Shown: positions 36,943 through 46,162, numbered from the stretch's first letter. The stretch: DNA of 64,000 nt from an uncultured Lachnospiraceae bacterium (GCA_963522175.1 CAUQXC010000002.1:253134-317133); one strand, 5' to 3'. Notes: generated by a model not told the origin, from the sequence alone. Numbers and translations are program-made.

Positions 36943-36967
36943 CCCACTTTTCACCACAATTTACCAC
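36943..36967 (-). promoter_or_regulatory. Putative MraZ operator: three GTGG[GT] direct repeats at exact 10-bp phasing
   Basis: Minus strand reads AAGTGGTAAATTGTGGTGAAAAGTGGGTGATT. The GTGG cores are at 36967-36963, 36957-36953 and 36947-36943. They lie between the putative promoter and the mraZ start. Confidence 0.55.
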
Positions 36968-36977
36968 TTGTATGTAG

Positions 36978-37006
36978 ATTTTAGCCTAATTTATTATAAA
37001 GCGCAA
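36978..37006 (-). promoter_or_regulatory. Putative dcw (Pmra) promoter
   Basis: Minus strand reads TTGCGC, a 17-nt spacer, then TAAAAT, immediately upstream of the GTGG repeats. Confidence 0.45.
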
Positions 37007-37082
37007 GTGAAATATATGTTCTGATACTACTTTCAACCCCTTTTTCCCTTTGGTGGGGAATTGTGGAGGATTATTTATAAAC

Positions 37083-37172
37083 AAAAAAAAATATGGAATT
37101 ATAACACCACACAAAATATTGTTATCCTTATAAAAGCAGACAACAATAGCTTGTACTATTATAATTCCATAT
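37083..37172 (-). terminator. Terminator after lgt (long hairpin plus T-run)
   Basis: 14-bp perfect outer stem ATATGGAATTATAA / TTATAATTCCATAT enclosing an imperfect inner stem. On the minus strand a T8-9 run follows. Confidence 0.55.
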
Positions 37173-37201
37173 CAAATTATTAATTTTCTTTTTCAAAAAT
37201 A

Positions 37202-38056
37202 TTACTTTTTGTTCTTTTTCTTGTGCACGAAAAACAAAATACCGGAGCAGATAAAACACAAAAGTGCCAATGCTTGTGAAACCGCTATCGAAGTATTAAA
37301 AAGCATAAGAGAATCCGTTCTTAGCCCCTCAATAAAAAATCTTCCCAAGCCGTAGCCTCCTAAATAAAGGTAAAATATCTCCCCTTTAAAGCTTTGTTTT
37401 TTTCTGTACCATAACAGGAATACAAGCAAAGCAAGATTCCACATACTCTCATATAAGAATGTAGGATGAACCTGTATATACTCCGTACCGTTTACATTAA
37501 TGACATGCTTAAGCAAATTCTCGCTTATCATGGAAGAGTTAACCAAGTCCTTTTTTAGCTGCATCGCAAAAATATTATCGGTATAGTCTCCAAAGGCTTC
37601 CATATTAAAGAAATTTCCCCAACGTCCAAGTATCTGACCGCTTACAAGTCCCAATACCGCGGTGTCCGCCATTACTAAGAAATTTTGTTTTTTTACTTTG
37701 CAAAAAACCAAAAGAGTAATAGCCGCGGCAATAACCGCACCGTATATGGCAAGTCCGCCCCCTCTTATATTAAATACCTCCATAGGATTATCTTTATACA
37801 AATCCCATGAAAATATCACATAATAAATTCTTGCACCCAGTATTGCAAAAACAATCGCATATAGGGCAAAATCACTGTAAATCTCAGGATCCTGTCCCCT
37901 TCTTTTTGCATCCTGTGTAGCAACCCATAAGCCGAGGAGCATACCGCAGGCTATAATCATTCCGTAGAAAGCGATGTCAAAGCCGAAAATGCTGATATGA
38001 TTCACAAGCTTCTGTATTTTTATGCCCAGATGCACAAAACTTAACTCGTAAGACAT
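37202..38056 (-). CDS. lgt: Prolipoprotein diacylglyceryl transferase
   Basis: 284 aa polytopic protein. Blocks GGLAIYGAVI and GRWGNFFNMEAFG are present. Confidence 0.9.
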   Translation of the reverse strand: MSYELSFVHLGIKIQKLVNHISIFGFDIAFYGMIIACGMLLGLWVATQDAKRRGQDPEIYSDFALYAIVFAILGARIYYVIFSWDLYKDNPMEVFNIRGGGLAIYGAVIAAAITLLVFCKVKKQNFLVMADTAVLGLVSGQILGRWGNFFNMEAFGDYTDNIFAMQLKKDLVNSSMISENLLKHVINVNGTEYIQVHPTFLYESMWNLALLVFLLWYRKKQSFKGEIFYLYLGGYGLGRFFIEGLRTDSLMLFNTSIAVSQALALLCFICSGILFFVHKKKNKK

Positions 38057-38093
38057 AAGTCCTCCTTATAATCATTTACATTCAAAAATAAGT

Positions 38094-39191
38094 TTATACA
38101 TTAAATCTGAATAAAATCACATCACCGTCTCTGATAACATAGTCTTTTCCTTCAAGGCGCACAAGCCCTTTCTCCTTTGCCGCAGTCATACCGCCGCAAT
38201 CCAGAAGATCCTGATAGTTTATAATTTCCGCTCTTATGAAGCCTCTTTCTATATCGGAATGTATCTTTCCCGCCGCTTTAGGAGCTTTGGTACCCTTTTT
38301 AATTGTCCATGCCCTCGTTTCATCTTCTCCCGAAGTTAAAAATGAAAGAAGTCCCAAAAGGTCGTAACTTGCCGTAATAAGCTTATCAAGTCCCGATTCC
38401 GCTATACCGAGAGCCTCCAAATATTCAGACTTCTCTTCATCGCTAAGCCGGGAGATTTCCTCCTCTATTCTTGCCGAAACCACAAAGACTTTGGAATTAT
38501 TATTTTTTGCATAGTCTCTTACCGCTACAACATTTGCATTATTTGCACCGTCATCCGCCAAATCATCCTCTGCAACATTCGCCGCAAAAATAACAGGCAT
38601 ATAGGTTATAAGCCCCAAAGACTTAACAAAGGAAAGCACCTCTTCATCATCGCTTGTAAAGGCGGAAGCGAGGTTTCCGCTCTCCAATATTTCTTTAAGC
38701 TCCTTGAGTATTTCAAGCTCTTTTTTTAAGGCTTTATCATTATTTGCCGCTTTTGCTGTTTTTGCTATTCTTCTTTCAAGTATTTCAATATCCGAGAAAA
38801 TAAGCTCAAAATTTATTGTTTCTATATCTCTCAACGGTCCTATGCTTCCGTCCACATGGATAACATTAGCATCTTCAAAGCAACGAACCACATGAACAAT
38901 AGCATCACATTCTCTTATGTTTGATAAAAACTGATTCCCAAGTCCCTCACCCTTTGATGCACCTTTTACAAGACCCGCTATATCAACAAAATCTATAACC
39001 GCCGGGGTTATTTTTTTGGAGTTGTAGAGTGCCCCCAAGGCATTCAGTCTTTTATCCGGAACCGCTACCACACCTACATTGGGGTCTATAGTACAGAAAG
39101 GATAGTTTGCGGCACTTGCTCCCGCTTTTGTAAGTGAATTAAATAAGGTACTTTTTCCGACATTCGGCAAGCCTACTATTCCCAGTTTCAT
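38094..39191 (-). CDS. ychF: Ribosome-binding ATPase YchF
   Basis: GIVGLPNVGKST P-loop, DIAGLVKGAS, and C-terminal block IHSDIERGFIRAE. 365 aa. Confidence 0.95.
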   Translation of the reverse strand: MKLGIVGLPNVGKSTLFNSLTKAGASAANYPFCTIDPNVGVVAVPDKRLNALGALYNSKKITPAVIDFVDIAGLVKGASKGEGLGNQFLSNIRECDAIVHVVRCFEDANVIHVDGSIGPLRDIETINFELIFSDIEILERRIAKTAKAANNDKALKKELEILKELKEILESGNLASAFTSDDEEVLSFVKSLGLITYMPVIFAANVAEDDLADDGANNANVVAVRDYAKNNNSKVFVVSARIEEEISRLSDEEKSEYLEALGIAESGLDKLITASYDLLGLLSFLTSGEDETRAWTIKKGTKAPKAAGKIHSDIERGFIRAEIINYQDLLDCGGMTAAKEKGLVRLEGKDYVIRDGDVILFRFNV

Positions 39192-39267
39192 ATATATTAT
39201 ATCTCCTTAGATTTTTCTTTGTTTATCATCATCAATAAAAGCCCAAATCGGCACGCTATAGTATACA

Positions 39268-39894
39268 CTAATCGGAGCTAAAATGCAATGTACATTGATT
39301 TTTAAACCAACTGTCGAGGAAAAGCATCTGATTTTTTGTATGGAAGCGGTGTTCCCCGTTTTCCATAATAGTTAAATCTGCATTTATTCTGTTTGCAAAG
39401 TCGCTAATCAGCTCCAAGGAAGTTATATTATCATTTTTACCGTAAAGAATACTGCTCGGTATATCCCATATTACAGGATGCTTTCTGACGTATAAAAGAT
39501 ATTCCCATGACAAAGTTTCACCGAAGGCTGTGGTGATTACTTTTTTCGCACTGAGCTCCTCTTCGGATATATCCTCGCTTTTCATCATAGCTAAGATCAA
39601 AGCTTCCATATCTACTATAGGTGAAATAAACATCGCTTTTTTGATCGGACTTCCGTATAGGGATATTAAAGAAAAATATGCACCGATACTGTTTGCAATC
39701 AATATGAGCTCATTATATTTTAAGGAAATATCTGTAAAATATTTTCTAAATTCCATTTCGGCTTCCCATGGCAGTTCCGATTTATAATCAAAACCTATAA
39801 CATCATACTCATCATTAAAAAACTTTTTATAGTGATGTGCTTCATCAGCCGAGCCGCCTTTACCGTGTACGTATACAACCGCTTTCATTTTCAA
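39268..39894 (-). CDS. Alpha/beta hydrolase family protein
   Basis: 208 aa. Contains VYVHGKGGS, a nucleophile-elbow variant IANSIGA, and a late GEHRFH histidine. Confidence 0.6.
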   Translation of the reverse strand: MKMKAVVYVHGKGGSADEAHHYKKFFNDEYDVIGFDYKSELPWEAEMEFRKYFTDISLKYNELILIANSIGAYFSLISLYGSPIKKAMFISPIVDMEALILAMMKSEDISEEELSAKKVITTAFGETLSWEYLLYVRKHPVIWDIPSSILYGKNDNITSLELISDFANRINADLTIMENGEHRFHTKNQMLFLDSWFKNQCTLHFSSD

Positions 39895-39920
39895 GTTTCA
39901 GTCCCCCCTCCGTCTACAGA

Positions 39921-40256
39921 TCATTCCCAAATTGTATGCTGTGCGTAAACCTCGAACTGATTCGACTTTTCTTCACCGAAAAATTTAGCTTCTATCGTAT
40001 ATCTCTTCCAAAGCATATAAGGATAGGCCTGCATTATCAATGAGAAATATTCTCTTCCTTTGTTTTCTCTGTAACTAATCGGAGACAAGGAAAAAATATC
40101 TTTGATATTCATTTTTTCAAAATCATCAAAAGATAATTTTGAAATATCTTTATCACATATTTTAATATCATCAAAGCTTTCGCTCTTTGACGACAGCCCC
40201 CAATAGGTAACTATGCAGTCTTCAAGTTTAGCCTTATCCTCATATTTCGGTGTCAA
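39921..40256 (-). CDS. Hypothetical protein or gene remnant (no convincing start)
   Basis: The ORF-track start is a TTG with no SD sequence. The frame stays open 32 codons further upstream (GAYADDIGDSHFYFGETVELVKDGKVYGYIN) to a stop about 20 nt after the preceding gene, with no ATG/GTG/TTG in that stretch. Confidence 0.35.
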   Translation of the reverse strand: MTPKYEDKAKLEDCIVTYWGLSSKSESFDDIKICDKDISKLSFDDFEKMNIKDIFSLSPISYRENKGREYFSLIMQAYPYMLWKRYTIEAKFFGEEKSNQFEVYAQHTIWE

Positions 40257-40371
40257 ATTTATGTATCCGTATACTTTTCCGTCTTTTACAAGCTCTACGG
40301 TTTCTCCAAAATAAAAGTGGCTGTCTCCTATATCATCGGCGTAAGCCCCTTAGATTTCGGGATATTGAGCT

Positions 40372-41466
40372 TTATTTACCAAGCTCCATATCCCCTTTTT
40401 TTACCCAGCCTATTTTTGTCAAAAATATATTTATCAAAGGGCAAATAAGTGCAGGAAGAACAAAAGAAATAAGTATAAGACCTGCCCAATCAAATCCGGT
40501 AACCGAAAGCTTATTTCCTTCGGAAATATCCTTTAACCAGCCCGAGTAAACACCTATCTGACCGACAAAGCCGCAGGTACCCATACCCGAAGAAACCGCC
40601 GCTCCGTTCATGCGAAGCTTAAAAAAACAGGTCGCTATAGGACCGGTAATAATTGAAGTAAGGCAGGGTGCAATCCAAATACGCGGATTCTTGACAATAT
40701 TCCCCATTTGCAGCATGGATGTACCTATACCCTGAGATACAAGACCCGACCACTTATTTTCAGGAAAAGACATCACCGCAAAACCTACCATCTGTGCGCA
40801 ACAGCCCGCTACCGCCGCTCCGCCCGCAAGCCCCGTAAGCCCCAAAGCTGCACAAATAGCCGCCGAAGATATAGGCAAAGTAAGAGCCATACCTACAAGC
40901 AGAGATATGAGCATACCCATTAAAAACGGCTGTAATTCCGTAGCCCACATAATCACGTCACCAAGCTTCATAGCCATCTTTCCGAGAGCGGGTGCCCACC
41001 ATGCGGAAAGAAATATTCCTACCGATATTGTAGTTAAAGGTGTCACCAATATATCTATTTTAGTTTCTTTAGATACCGCTTTTCCGACTTCGGCAGCTAT
41101 AACGGCAACAAAAAGTACCGCCAAAGGTCCTCCCGCTCCCCCTAGAGCGTTTGAAGCGAAGCCCACGGTTATCAAGGAAAAAAGAACCAAAGGAGGCGAA
41201 TTCAAAGCATAGCCTATCGCAACCGCCATTGCCGAACCGCTTACCGCACCGGCAAGTCCCCCGACCGTATAATCAACTCCGGCAATATTTGCCACCGGTG
41301 AACTTAAGAAAGCAATATGAAACTGAGTCCCTACGGTATTCAGTATGGTACCTATCAAAAGGGAGCAAAAAAGTCCCTGAGCCATAGCCCCCAATGCATC
41401 TATCCCGTAGCGCTTCGCGGATATTTCAATATCCTTTCTCTTTAAAAATGCCTTTATTTTTTCCAT
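40372..41466 (-). CDS. PTS EIIC-like membrane protein (PTS_EIIC_2 / PfoR family)
   Basis: 364 aa polytopic protein. The N-terminus FLKRKDIEISAKRYGIDALGAMAQGLFCSLLIGTILNTVG resembles the PfoR-type orphan EIIC family. No EIIA or EIIB gene lies nearby. Confidence 0.55.
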   Translation of the reverse strand: MEKIKAFLKRKDIEISAKRYGIDALGAMAQGLFCSLLIGTILNTVGTQFHIAFLSSPVANIAGVDYTVGGLAGAVSGSAMAVAIGYALNSPPLVLFSLITVGFASNALGGAGGPLAVLFVAVIAAEVGKAVSKETKIDILVTPLTTISVGIFLSAWWAPALGKMAMKLGDVIMWATELQPFLMGMLISLLVGMALTLPISSAAICAALGLTGLAGGAAVAGCCAQMVGFAVMSFPENKWSGLVSQGIGTSMLQMGNIVKNPRIWIAPCLTSIITGPIATCFFKLRMNGAAVSSGMGTCGFVGQIGVYSGWLKDISEGNKLSVTGFDWAGLILISFVLPALICPLINIFLTKIGWVKKGDMELGK

Positions 41467-41531
41467 TAATTTATCCCCCTAATAAAGTTTACGGCTACCC
41501 CTATAAAGTATATGCTAAGAGTCCGAGACCT

Positions 41532-41563
41532 CAAAATAAGGGATGCCTGTTCAACATCCCTTA
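41532..41563 (-). terminator. Putative terminator after the metal-transporter operon
   Basis: On the minus strand, TAAGGGATG-(9 nt)-CATCCCTTA is followed by ATTTTG. Confidence 0.45.
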
Positions 41564-41630
41564 CATATCCCTTTTAAGCCGTCTTTTTTAAGTCTATCAT
41601 ATTTTAATTGCATTTTCAATGTTGCGGTTT

Positions 41631-43400
41631 TTAAATAATTTCAACCATTATTCTTACTGCTGCCTTTCCCGCAATATGTTTATCCTCTCCTCTACAGCTT
41701 ATAAGCACGGAATCGTCAAAATCATCAATATCCTTTATAAGGAATTCGTCTCCGAGGGTTATTTTCTTATCTTCAAGGTATTCAAGCAAATCCTTGTCAT
41801 CTTCAACTTTATGCAAGCGACAGCGCGTTCCCTTTGAAAGCTCCGAAAGCTTTTTAAGTCTGTCCTCATCCGGATGATTTTCATATATCTCATTTCCGTG
41901 AGGGCAGTGCTTAGGTTTTCTCAAAAATTCATTGAGCTTATCTTTTAAATCATTTGAAGTAACATATTCCAAGGCTTTCGCATCCTCGTGGACATTCTGC
42001 CATGAATAGCCCAAATATTCCACGAGGAAGAGCTCCCACAATCTATGTTTTGTAAGAAGAGCTCTCGCTCTTTTTCTTCCTTCATCACTCAAAAAGATAT
42101 TCTTGTTTTCAACATATACCTCGCCCTCTTCGACAAGCTTCTTTAACATCTCGCTTACCGATGCCGCCTTAATTCCCAAAACATCCGCAAGCTTTTTATT
42201 TGTTACCGCTTCTCCTTTTTCGATGAGCTCATAAATAGCCAAGGTATAATCATCTCTGCTTGTGTCTATCTTTGCCATGTTGTTTTCCTCTACTTTAAGT
42301 CCATATTGAATTTTTATATCCGTGCTGAGCTTTTTTCCGGCTTCGGTTAAGCTGTATACACCCTTTTCCTTTGCCCTGTACACATATCCCTTTTTAATTA
42401 AGCTGTCCAAAAAATATTTAAGTTTCGCATCCGACCAGCCTACATGCTGTCTTATACTGCTGTAGCCCAATTCGCCCAAAGCCTCCTGCTTCCCGGTGTG
42501 ATTGTCTATATGTAAAATTAAAAGCTCCATGCTGAAACGATTTTTATTTTTCAGCTTCCTTATCATTCGTGTAAGTATTCCGCCCGGATAAAGTATAATG
42601 GTTATCATAAATGTCAAGCCCGAAACCGCTGCACACATTCCCGACATGGATACATTAAAGCTGAGCGCAAGAAAATATCCTATGCAGGAGTTAAAAACCG
42701 CATATACAGCCGACAATAAAAGCGTCATCTTTAAATCTTTCGATATAAGATAGGCGCTTGCCGCAGGTGAAACAAAAAAAGCGATGGCAAGTATGGCTCC
42801 TACAGATTCGAAAGCGGATACGGCAGTAAATGATACAAGTGCCATAAAAGCGTAGTACAGAAGCGTTCCCGCAATTCCCGACACGGCGGAATACACCGGA
42901 TCAAAGGAACTTATCTTTAATTTAGTGAAAAATGCACTTATAAATACCAAATTTATAAGAAGAACAATGCTCATCTGTACCAAAGCCTTCGGAAGACTGA
43001 GCCCGAGAAAATCTATCCTGTGCAAAGGAGCAAGAATAATCTCTCCAATCAGAACTATCTCGGTATCAAGATGCACATTTCTCGCATATTTTGTAATAAG
43101 AATAACGGCTATGGAAAAAAACAAAGGAAAAATTATACCTACGGATGCATCCTCCGTAACCCTCTTGCTTTTTATAAGAAGCTCTATGCAAAATGTCGTT
43201 ATTATACCGAAAACAGTCGCACCCACTATTAAAAAAATACTGCTTATATCTTTTGTAATAAAGTATCCTATAACTATTCCGAGAAGCACCGAATGTGAAA
43301 TCGCATCCGAGACCATGGAAAGTCTTCTAAGTACCAAAAAAACTCCTAAAACGGCACAGGCAAGAGAGGTCATTATGAGTATATATAAGGATTCTATCAT
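41631..43400 (-). CDS. Fusion: metal ABC transporter permease (ABC-3 family) + winged-helix linker domain + DtxR/MntR/TroR-type metalloregulator + FeoA/SH3-like domain
   Basis: 589 aa. Residues about 1-275 are a polytopic ABC-3 permease (LRRLSMVSDAISHSVLLG). Residues about 375-589 form a complete DtxR-like unit: DDYTLAIYELIEKGEAVTNKKLADVLGIKAASVSEMLKKL, then TKHRLWELFLVEYLGYSWQNVHEDAKALE, CPHGNEI, and an FeoA-like tail. Confidence 0.8.
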   Translation of the reverse strand: MIESLYILIMTSLACAVLGVFLVLRRLSMVSDAISHSVLLGIVIGYFITKDISSIFLIVGATVFGIITTFCIELLIKSKRVTEDASVGIIFPLFFSIAVILITKYARNVHLDTEIVLIGEIILAPLHRIDFLGLSLPKALVQMSIVLLINLVFISAFFTKLKISSFDPVYSAVSGIAGTLLYYAFMALVSFTAVSAFESVGAILAIAFFVSPAASAYLISKDLKMTLLLSAVYAVFNSCIGYFLALSFNVSMSGMCAAVSGLTFMITIILYPGGILTRMIRKLKNKNRFSMELLILHIDNHTGKQEALGELGYSSIRQHVGWSDAKLKYFLDSLIKKGYVYRAKEKGVYSLTEAGKKLSTDIKIQYGLKVEENNMAKIDTSRDDYTLAIYELIEKGEAVTNKKLADVLGIKAASVSEMLKKLVEEGEVYVENKNIFLSDEGRKRARALLTKHRLWELFLVEYLGYSWQNVHEDAKALEYVTSNDLKDKLNEFLRKPKHCPHGNEIYENHPDEDRLKKLSELSKGTRCRLHKVEDDKDLLEYLEDKKITLGDEFLIKDIDDFDDSVLISCRGEDKHIAGKAAVRIMVEII

Positions 43401-44284
43401 CTTCTACCCCTCATCTTTCTTCTGTTTATCAGCATGATGATTATTCCCCTGGGCGCAAATAAAACTGATATAAGGGCAATAAGGGACATTATCAGTATGA
43501 TTGTAGGACCTGTGGAAAAGCCCTTGAAAACACTGCTTATCAAAGTCCCTAAAAATGCCGACACCGCTCCCGTAAGGGCGGCAACAAGTAAAACCTTCTC
43601 GTAACTCTTACTCCATTGCAAGCCGGTAACGGCAGGGGTTATTAACATACTGCTTATCAAAATGGCTCCCACCGCCTTTAAACCGGCGGCAATGAGTATC
43701 ATTGTTATTATCATAATAAGTAAAGACAAAAGTCTTGAATTTATGCCTATGGTATAGGCATATACCGTGTCAAAAACATACACCTTTATTTCTTTATAGA
43801 AAATTATAAATAAAAGCAGGGATATGACGGATACCGTCAATATAATATAAACATCTTCTTTTAAAATATATGCCGCCTGACCGAAGATGTAGCTTGCAAG
43901 ACCCGACTGTGAAGCTCCCTGGTATTTTACATTTCCCTGAATATGGCTCTTAAGCACCATACCGAGTCCGAACATCGCCGATAAGACAACCGCCATAGCG
44001 GTATCCGCTTCTATTTTTGAACTCTCGGAAATAACTTGTATAATTATAAATGCGACTACTCCCGCAATTATGGCTCCTAACATCAAAATAACGGAACTTT
44101 TTCTTCCCGATATCATAAAAGCCAAAATTATTCCCGGTAAGGAAGCATGCCCTACAGCATCTCCTATCAGACTTTGGCCTTTCAATATACTTATTGTTCC
44201 GACTATACCTGTAGCCATCGCAAGGAGCAGAGTTCCGAGTGCAACCACGATAAATGAATATTGCGTAATTATATTTATATCCAT
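43397..44284 (-). CDS. Metal ABC transporter permease (ABC-3 family, TroC/MntC-like)
   Basis: 295 aa polytopic protein. Contains LKGQSLIGDAVGHASLPG. It overlaps the downstream fused permease gene by 4 nt. Confidence 0.85.
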   Translation of the reverse strand: MDINIITQYSFIVVALGTLLLAMATGIVGTISILKGQSLIGDAVGHASLPGIILAFMISGRKSSVILMLGAIIAGVVAFIIIQVISESSKIEADTAMAVVLSAMFGLGMVLKSHIQGNVKYQGASQSGLASYIFGQAAYILKEDVYIILTVSVISLLLFIIFYKEIKVYVFDTVYAYTIGINSRLLSLLIMIITMILIAAGLKAVGAILISSMLITPAVTGLQWSKSYEKVLLVAALTGAVSAFLGTLISSVFKGFSTGPTIILIMSLIALISVLFAPRGIIIMLINRRKMRGRR

Positions 44285-44287
44285 AGT

Positions 44288-45004
44288 CTACTCCCCATAC
44301 GTTGCGGCTATATTTTCTTTTGTAAATGCTTCTTCGGTTTTTCCGCTCGCTATAAGCTGTTTGTTGACCATAACCACATGGTCGAAATATTCCTCCAGAG
44401 TGTTCAGATCATGATGCACCGCTATTATGGTTTTACCCTCTTTTTTAAACTCCCTCATAGTTTCTATGATGATGTTTTCAGTTTTCTTATCAACCCCCGC
44501 CAAGGGTTCATCCATAAAGTAAATAAGGGCATCCTGAGCAATAGCTCTTGCTATGAAGACCCTTTGCTTCTGACCTCCCGAAAGTTCGGAAATCTGCCTG
44601 TCGCAAAAATCCTCCATTTTCATTTTTTTCAAAGCCTCCATGGCTTTATCCTTTTCTTTTGAGCTTATCCTTTTAAATAAACCCGTATGAGCATATCTTC
44701 CCATTGTAACCACGTCGATAACTGTGGTGGGAAAATTCCAGTTCACCGTAGTAGTTTGAGGTATATAAGCAATCTGCTTATATACCTCCTTATACGGCTT
44801 ACCCATAATACTTACTTTACCCGAAATGGGCTTCATAAGTCCCAGTATTCCTTTCATGAGAGTAGATTTACCTGCACCGTTAGGACCTATTATAGCCGTA
44901 ATGCTTCCTTCGTATATATCAAGGTCCATATCCCATATTACAGGGATATCGGTGTATGCCATGGTAAAATCTTCTATGTGTATCAACACATTTTCATTAT
45001 ACAT
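44288..45004 (-). CDS. Metal ABC transporter ATP-binding protein (TroB/MntB/ZnuC-like)
   Basis: Walker A GPNGAGKST, signature LSGGQKQRVFIARA, Walker B FMDEPLAGVD. 238 aa. Confidence 0.9.
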   Translation of the reverse strand: MYNENVLIHIEDFTMAYTDIPVIWDMDLDIYEGSITAIIGPNGAGKSTLMKGILGLMKPISGKVSIMGKPYKEVYKQIAYIPQTTTVNWNFPTTVIDVVTMGRYAHTGLFKRISSKEKDKAMEALKKMKMEDFCDRQISELSGGQKQRVFIARAIAQDALIYFMDEPLAGVDKKTENIIIETMREFKKEGKTIIAVHHDLNTLEEYFDHVVMVNKQLIASGKTEEAFTKENIAATYGE

Positions 45005-45023
45005 ATTTATATCCCCAAAAATT

Positions 45024-46043
45024 TTACTTCAAATTGTCCGTAATGAGCTTTACGTTATGCTTATACATGTCTACGTATGTATCTCCGTCCTGTCCCTTAG
45101 GAGCGAGCGAATCCGAGAAGAGTTCATTTCCTTCACCGCTTACTATCTTCACATCATGCCCTTTTGCCATAGCTCCTTCTTTAAGCTTTTCCATACGTGC
45201 AGGATCTGTTGTGGACTCGGCAAATATAGCCTTAATCTTATGTTCAACAATAAAATCTATGGTTTCCTGTATATCCTGATTTGCAACCTCCGATTCGGTA
45301 CTTACTCCCTGAGGCGCTTTAACCTCTATATCATAGGCTCTTGAGAAATAATTAAAGGCATCATGAGGAGTTATAAGGTATCTGCTTTCTTTAGGAATGG
45401 AAGATATATTCTCCTTTACATACTCGTCAAGCTTTGTAAGTTCATCAAGATACTTTGTTTTGTTTTCTTCGTACTTTTCTTTGTACTCCGGATTAAGGTT
45501 TTCAAGAGACTCGCCGGCAGCTTCCACAGCCTTCTTATACAAGTCTATATCAAACCAAAAATGCGGGTCTGTTATAACCTCTCCGTCTTCATCCATGGTT
45601 CCTATCTTGTCTTTCGGGAAATCCCTGCTCACAGACTCACCCGCTTTCTCCAAAGCCTCAACCATCTTACCCTCAAAATGCAAGCCGTGATAAAGAATAA
45701 GGTCTGCAGAGCTTAATTTGGTATAATCTTCAGGCTTTGCGACATAAAGGTGAGGGTCTTCTCCCGCAGGAATAATAAGCTGTACATCAACCGTATCACC
45801 GGCTATCTGTGTAACCATATCCTGTAAAAACGAAGTTGTGACAACCACACTTTTTTTATCCGAGCTTTCAGCCTCTTTCTCGCTTTTTGACTCCTCTCCC
45901 ATACTTTCTTTATCACTCTTTGACTCCGAGCTTTGTTCGGATTTATTCTCCGTACCGGAATTTTGTGCCTGACCCGCACATGCGGCAAGCGCAAAAGCCA
46001 TACCCATGGCTGTAATAAACGTAATTAATTTTCTTTTTAACAT
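45024..46043 (-). CDS. Metal-binding lipoprotein, cluster-9 (TroA/PsaA/ZnuA) substrate-binding protein
   Basis: Lipobox ALAAC, then an S/E/K-rich linker. His-containing blocks GEDPHLY, DPHFWFD and TPHDAF. Start trimmed to ATG 46043, which has GGGGGAG 7 nt upstream. Confidence 0.85.
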   Translation of the reverse strand: MLKRKLITFITAMGMAFALAACAGQAQNSGTENKSEQSSESKSDKESMGEESKSEKEAESSDKKSVVVTTSFLQDMVTQIAGDTVDVQLIIPAGEDPHLYVAKPEDYTKLSSADLILYHGLHFEGKMVEALEKAGESVSRDFPKDKIGTMDEDGEVITDPHFWFDIDLYKKAVEAAGESLENLNPEYKEKYEENKTKYLDELTKLDEYVKENISSIPKESRYLITPHDAFNYFSRAYDIEVKAPQGVSTESEVANQDIQETIDFIVEHKIKAIFAESTTDPARMEKLKEGAMAKGHDVKIVSGEGNELFSDSLAPKGQDGDTYVDMYKHNVKLITDNLK

Positions 46044-46066
46044 AAATACTCCCCCTATCAATTTTT

Positions 46067-46102
46067 TTAGGTAATTTAAAATTCTTAATTAGGTATACCT
46101 AA
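46067..46102 (-). promoter_or_regulatory. Putative DtxR-family operator (perfect palindrome TTAGGTATACCTAA plus an extra TTAGGTA half-site)
   Basis: The 14-bp perfect palindrome is at 46089-46102. A third TTAGGTA copy is at 46067-46073. The element sits 12-25 nt downstream of the putative -10. Half-sites match the TTAGGT half of the classical DtxR/IdeR box. Confidence 0.6.
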
Positions 46103-46113
46103 TCACATTTATA

Positions 46114-46142
46114 CTTATACCTTATTTGAGAAGATAAATCAA
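46114..46142 (-). promoter_or_regulatory. Putative promoter of the metal-transporter operon
   Basis: Minus strand reads TTGATT, a 17-nt spacer, then TATAAG, just upstream of the palindromic operator. Confidence 0.45.
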
Positions 46143-46162
46143 GTACTTTATGAAATTTATAC

